A stretch of 64,000 nt of DNA from Burkholderiaceae bacterium. GTDB lineage: Bacteria > Pseudomonadota > Gammaproteobacteria > Burkholderiales > Burkholderiaceae_A. The position numbers and the translations under genes are program-made. The stretch lies in the NCBI GenBank assembly GCA_044370275.1, contig JBILVT010000001.1:10054-74053 (forward strand), read 5' to 3'. The notes beneath the pieces are model-generated. The model was given only the letters and a program-made list of their open reading frames with translations. It had not been told where the DNA came from and searched no databases. Positions 59,936-64,000 of the stretch are shown piece after piece; positions within the stretch are counted from its first letter, which is position 1; each line of letters opens with the position of its first letter.

Positions 59936-60556
59936 ATGTCTAAAACCCTAAGTCAATTTACAACCGCATTACGTGTACAGCGCTGGGATGATCATCGCTA
60001 TTATCATCAAAGTAGGATTAACCAGGCCCTGCATCTCGTCAGCGCCCTCAGTTTCTTAGCTGCTTATATCCTGTTGTTTTTTGATCCTGTTAGTGCGGCT
60101 CTAATTGGCTGGCTACTGGCCATGACAACTCGTCAGATTGGGCATTTCTTTTTTGAATCAAAGGAATTTGATTCGATCAATAATGCATCTCATGAGCATA
60201 AAGAGGCAATTAAGGTGGGCTACAACCTCCACCGCAAGGTGATCCTGCTCTCGATCTGGGGGGCGATACCTCTTTTTGCGGTCATTTGGCCGCCCGCAGT
60301 TACATGGGCCGTTCCTGAGTCCTTTGAAGACTCAACACTTCGAATTGTCGGTATGGCGTGGTTTTTCTTAGGCGTTGCTGGGTTGCTTTTTAGGGCGCTT
60401 CAACTCGTTAAGAATGAGAATATCACTCACGCTCTTGCGTGGGTAGCCAAGATCCTTACTGATCCCTTTCACGATGTCAAGCTCTATCACCGCTCACCGA
60501 TTTATCTGCTAAAGGGTGAATATATCGATCCGATGAACCATGTGAAGCACTCTTAA
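59936..60556 (+). CDS. Mpo1/DUF962-like His-motif membrane protein
   Basis: HRYYH..RINQALH and QIGHFFFE motifs resemble Mpo1-family Fe ligands; ~4 TM segments; RBS GAGAGG. Confidence 0.6.
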   Translation: MSKTLSQFTTALRVQRWDDHRYYHQSRINQALHLVSALSFLAAYILLFFDPVSAALIGWLLAMTTRQIGHFFFESKEFDSINNASHEHKEAIKVGYNLHRKVILLSIWGAIPLFAVIWPPAVTWAVPESFEDSTLRIVGMAWFFLGVAGLLFRALQLVKNENITHALAWVAKILTDPFHDVKLYHRSPIYLLKGEYIDPMNHVKHS

Positions 60557-62207
60557 ATCGATTGATCAGAAGCTCTTTTAGTATCTGCCTGCGAATACGC
60601 CCAGCTTCCCCGCGATGCGGGGAGCCGGCCCACCAGCCATGTTGTTGAAATTGCAATGCCGCAGCAAACAACTTATGGCTAAATTCCTCAAATTCCCGCT
60701 CGGAAAACTGCAGATTGAAAATCAGGCGGCCGGTACCAACCCAACTCATCACAATACCCTCTCGCCTCAGGTAGAACTGCAGTAGCCAATGATATCGACC
60801 TGGACGAGTAAAAATCAGCGACCAGACTGTTGGCATTCCTTCGAATCTCAAAGGCAGTTGGCGGTCTGCCAGCTGACGGTTCAGCCGCTCCCGCCGAGCA
60901 GTCCACAAAACCTCCATCTCAGCGTAGAGAGTTTCGATTTCGGGGCTCTTAATTTTATCGAGGAAGGCTTGCATTGCAGTAAGCACATAGGGGTGTGCGT
61001 TAAACGTACCGCGCGCAAAGCAGATATCCGCCGGGCGGCCTTCTTTGAACCGGCGCATCAGGCTAGACTTGCCGCAAAGCACGCCGACAGGAAAACCGCC
61101 GCCAAGGGTCTTTCCGTAAGTTACCAAATCCGCTCGAACACCGAAATACTCTTGGGCACCCCCCTTGGCGAGCCTAAAGCCCAAGAACACCTCATCAAGA
61201 ATCATGACAATTCCCCGAGCGTCACAGACCGAGCGAAGGGCGGAAAGCCAGGCCGAATAGGCCTCACGGTTGAATTCAACATGACGCTGCCCATCAATAA
61301 GCATCGAGTCGGTAGGGGCGGCCTTATTAGGATGCATGGCTTGAATTGGATTGATCAAAACGCAGGCGATGTCTTTACTCGTGGCCAAATAGTCAAGCGT
61401 TCTTTGATGCATCTCCCGGAGGGTCAGAGTCTGGCGAGAGGGCGGCATAGGATTTCCGGGGCCGGGCTGTACATCGTCCCACCAGCCGTGGTAGGCCCCG
61501 CAGAATCTGACGAGGCGGCGCTTACCGGTGTGGTAGCGGGCAAGGCGAACCGCCTGCATAACCGCCTCGGTGCCGGACATATGAAAAGAGACTTCATCCA
61601 TCCCCGAAATCGCCAACAGATCTTCTGTGACTCGAACGATGCTGGGGTGATAGCCACCAAGGAAGGGGCCGAGATCCTTCGCATTGTCCACTGCCTCGTT
61701 GATAGTCGACTTATAGAAATCAAGACCGAACAAATTTACTCCGTAGGAGCCGCTGACATCGAGATATCGATTGCCATCGAGGTCGACGAGCCAAGACCCG
61801 TGACTCGACTCCCATACGTTGCCAATCTGGAGTTTCTTGACGCTTGCATTTCGAAACTGAAACGGGATTCGATAGCGTCGAGTGAACTGAATATCGGAGA
61901 TCCGCGGAACGATAGCGTCGGTTGCGGCGAGGGTCCTAGGGCACTTCTGCTCCAGATCGGAGACCAGTTGATTAAAAGCGCCGCTCCGACGGGTGGCTAC
62001 TACCTCGTGCACGCCATCGCGATTAAGCCAAGAGCTCTCGGGGTAGACATAGTTTGGAATCAAGCCTGTGAACAGCTTGGCCATTCGGGAGTGCCCGGTC
62101 AACGAGGGATACTTTGCTCTCGAGAGCTTGAGTCTGCGGTAGCCCTTGTAGAGGCCTGTTGCCAATATTGCAGCCGAGGTAATTCCTGCCAAAATCTGTC
62201 CATCCAT
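60477..62207 (-). CDS. Class III PLP aminotransferase (GSA-aminomutase-like) with N-terminal membrane anchor
   Basis: DLDGNRYLD, SGTEAVMQAVRLAR, YHGWWD, LDEVFLGFR, TYGKTLGGG (PLP Lys), GTFNAHP; RBS AAGGAGG. Confidence 0.85.
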   Translation of the reverse strand: MDGQILAGITSAAILATGLYKGYRRLKLSRAKYPSLTGHSRMAKLFTGLIPNYVYPESSWLNRDGVHEVVATRRSGAFNQLVSDLEQKCPRTLAATDAIVPRISDIQFTRRYRIPFQFRNASVKKLQIGNVWESSHGSWLVDLDGNRYLDVSGSYGVNLFGLDFYKSTINEAVDNAKDLGPFLGGYHPSIVRVTEDLLAISGMDEVSFHMSGTEAVMQAVRLARYHTGKRRLVRFCGAYHGWWDDVQPGPGNPMPPSRQTLTLREMHQRTLDYLATSKDIACVLINPIQAMHPNKAAPTDSMLIDGQRHVEFNREAYSAWLSALRSVCDARGIVMILDEVFLGFRLAKGGAQEYFGVRADLVTYGKTLGGGFPVGVLCGKSSLMRRFKEGRPADICFARGTFNAHPYVLTAMQAFLDKIKSPEIETLYAEMEVLWTARRERLNRQLADRQLPLRFEGMPTVWSLIFTRPGRYHWLLQFYLRREGIVMSWVGTGRLIFNLQFSEREFEEFSHKLFAAALQFQQHGWWAGSPHRGEAGRIRRQILKELLINRFKSASHGSSDRYIHPLADKSVSGDRA

Positions 62208-62239
62208 CCGAAAGCCCTCCTTTGCGATGTTGTATTTGT

Positions 62240-62268
62240 ATTACGCAAACATGACGAAGTGATGACCA
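62240..62268 (-). promoter_or_regulatory. Putative Pho box upstream of aminotransferase
   Basis: Minus strand TGGTCAT-N4-TCGTCAT-N4-GCGTAAT with 11-bp period. Confidence 0.65.
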
Positions 62269-62269
62269 A

Positions 62270-63151
62270 ATGATTTCTTTTGTAAAAACCCTAAAAACTC
62301 TTCTCCTGCTAGAGGATATGAATTTCCTTCTCACCAATCGAATTCCTCGAGCGCTTGCAACAAGGCTTATGGGTAGGTTTAGCCGGGTTGAACACCCGCT
62401 GATTGTCCGAGTATCCATTTTCCTCTGGGGGCTATTTGCGGATCTCAAACTCGAAGAGGCCCGGCAGAAGCACTTCAAAAGCGTACACGACTGCTTCGTT
62501 CGAGAGTTATTGCCTGGAGCCCGGCCGATCTGCGGTGACCCGGATATCCTCATTAGCCCATGCGATGGAATCGTTGGGGAGTTTGGCATGATTAAAGATC
62601 AACAGCTTTTTCAGGCCAAAGGTTTTCCATATTCGCTCAAGGATCTATTGCTAACCGAGAGCCTAGTGAAAACCTGGCAAAACGGCTGCTTCCTTACAAT
62701 TCGCATTACCTCATCTATGTATCACCGATTTCATGCGCCCGAGGATGGGCGGCTCCAGCGAGTGCGATATATCTCCGGTGATACATGGAATGTCAATCCT
62801 ATTGCATTAAAGAGAGTGGAAAGCCTATTTTGTAAGAACGAGCGCGCGATATTAGAGCTTTCGATAGGACCGAAGAGCACCCCGATTATCATGATCCCCG
62901 TGGCTGCGATCTTAGTTGCAGGTATCCGAATTCACGGGATTAATGCGACGTTGAATTGCAAGTCTCCGAATGGTCTAACTCTCGAATCTGACCGATGCTT
63001 CAATCGGGGAGACGAGATGGGCTGGTTTGAGCATGGGTCAACGATTATTATGATTACGCCACCTGAATTTGAATTCAATCCCCATCTCGCGATTGGTCAG
63101 CGCTTAAGAATTGGTGAACCAATTATGCAGCTGCCGATCGCTTCTTACTAA
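62270..63151 (+). CDS. psd: Phosphatidylserine decarboxylase-family proenzyme
   Basis: SPCDG, QAKGFPYSL, YHRFHAP, NER, GDEMGWFEHGSTII (GS/T self-cleavage). Confidence 0.88.
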   Translation: MISFVKTLKTLLLLEDMNFLLTNRIPRALATRLMGRFSRVEHPLIVRVSIFLWGLFADLKLEEARQKHFKSVHDCFVRELLPGARPICGDPDILISPCDGIVGEFGMIKDQQLFQAKGFPYSLKDLLLTESLVKTWQNGCFLTIRITSSMYHRFHAPEDGRLQRVRYISGDTWNVNPIALKRVESLFCKNERAILELSIGPKSTPIIMIPVAAILVAGIRIHGINATLNCKSPNGLTLESDRCFNRGDEMGWFEHGSTIIMITPPEFEFNPHLAIGQRLRIGEPIMQLPIASY

Positions 63152-63929
63152 TAATTCGATCATTGATCTCATCGACTACAGACAGTAGATTTTCAACGCT
63201 GTCGATGACCATAGTAGGTTGACACTGTTGTAACTCCTGTCGCGCATGATTCTCTTTCAGAGCACGATCCGAGTCTGTCAAGTCTTGATACTCTTCAAGC
63301 GATAATCCCATTGCATTTCCAGTAACGCTGACTCCGACCGTCCAGCAATTAAAATTAATTCCTTCCATAAGCCCTGGCACGGTATCGTCCACCTTAATCA
63401 CCTCCGTCGGGTCTGAGATCCCCAAAAGGCTCGCACAGTGCGCAACCATTTGAGGGGAAGGTCTTCCCTGTTCGGTCTCTCCTGCGCAGACACACGCATC
63501 CGGGGCGTATCCTTGCTCCGCGGCCAAAGGCATGAGTACGTTGGCTAATTCCCGGGTGTAGCCAGTCGTTGCACCAATTCGAATGCCGCGAGCGCGCAAC
63601 AGGGTCACCACCTCACGTACGCCCGGAATTAGTTGAGAGTATTGCCGAATACTCTCAATATTCATCGGGGTGAACGCTTTCAACATCTCGTCCACATCGA
63701 CCGACGTAGGCATTCTTCCATAGGATTTGACCCACTGCGATTGAATGTGGGGAAATTGTAGTAGTTCGTCAATATGGTTCCACTTATTGACCCCCATCGG
63801 ACGCCGTGCATCTTCGATAGTAATCTCGATACCATACTCGTTGAATAGATTAACAAATGCGCCCATTGGGGCGCGGCTACCAAAATCGACAGTAGTTCCA
63901 GCCCAATCAAAAATCACAGCTTTAATCAC
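63123..63929 (-). CDS. phnX: Phosphonoacetaldehyde hydrolase (phosphonatase)
   Basis: FDWAGTTVDFGSRAP, PMGVNKWNHI Schiff-base Lys, TTGY, GRPSP, KVDDT, WTVGV; GTG 63929 with GGAGG RBS. Confidence 0.92.
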   Translation of the reverse strand: MIKAVIFDWAGTTVDFGSRAPMGAFVNLFNEYGIEITIEDARRPMGVNKWNHIDELLQFPHIQSQWVKSYGRMPTSVDVDEMLKAFTPMNIESIRQYSQLIPGVREVVTLLRARGIRIGATTGYTRELANVLMPLAAEQGYAPDACVCAGETEQGRPSPQMVAHCASLLGISDPTEVIKVDDTVPGLMEGINFNCWTVGVSVTGNAMGLSLEEYQDLTDSDRALKENHARQELQQCQPTMVIDSVENLLSVVDEINDRIISKKRSAAA

Positions 63930-63933
63930 GTTA

Positions 63934-63999
63934 TTACCTCCAGATATCAAAAGTATCTCTCGCAAGACCAAAAGCGGTGCTTGCACCTGTTCCACTTGT
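63934..63999 (-). CDS. C-terminal tail of upstream gene, probably a phosphonate-cluster FAD-dependent oxidoreductase (TIGR03364-like); partial
   Basis: Frame reads TSGTGASTAFGLARDTFDIWR-stop, like the C-terminal FAD-binding motif of DAO-family enzymes; stop 4 nt before phnX start. Confidence 0.45.
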   Translation of the reverse strand, partial: TSGTGASTAFGLARDTFDIWR

Positions 64000-64000
64000 T

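Noticed and set aside
60789-62273. 494-aa plus-strand ORF
   Set aside because: Antisense shadow of the well-supported aminotransferase; no recognisable motifs
63930-63995. N-terminal extension of phnX
   Set aside because: GGAGG RBS supports GTG 63929; this stretch is better read as the tail of the upstream gene in another frame

Overview
Bacterial chromosomal window, most likely a Burkholderiales betaproteobacterium (four orphan Bug/TctC solute receptors, Liv-type ABC + acyl-CoA ligase, five-step hut pathway). Left ~52 kb is transport and catabolism: Liv-type ABC + long-chain acyl-CoA ligase, HU-like protein with an H1-like tail, purine nucleoside ABC-guaD-hpt, fabI, Dpp-type ABC + D-cysteine desulfhydrase, HI0933 flavoprotein, cyclophilin-DUF4214 fusion, MoxR/DUF58/VWA/protease locus, and a hut operon (hutC-H-U-D-I-F-G). 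The hut operon is preceded by two HutC-type operators and a TauT-type ABC transporter, and carries three extra enzymes (FAD 2-hydroxyacid dehydrogenase, class III CoA-transferase, acyl-CoA dehydrogenase) that may feed imidazole-lactate/imidazole-propionate into the pathway. At 52.8 kb is the 3' half of a tRNA(CAT), an att scar, followed by a ~130-bp att-arm-like sequence that recurs 1.56 kb later, bracketing a single-gene cassette. Right of it is a phosphate-starvation region with Pho-box-like repeats at three intergenic regions: phoX, a candidate phosphorus-free lipid module (GT4 glycosyltransferase, Mpo1-like protein, membrane-anchored class III aminotransferase, PSD, alpha/beta hydrolase) and phnX. 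No integrase, transposase, CRISPR array, rRNA or complete tRNA was seen. All calls come from motif reading without database searches.
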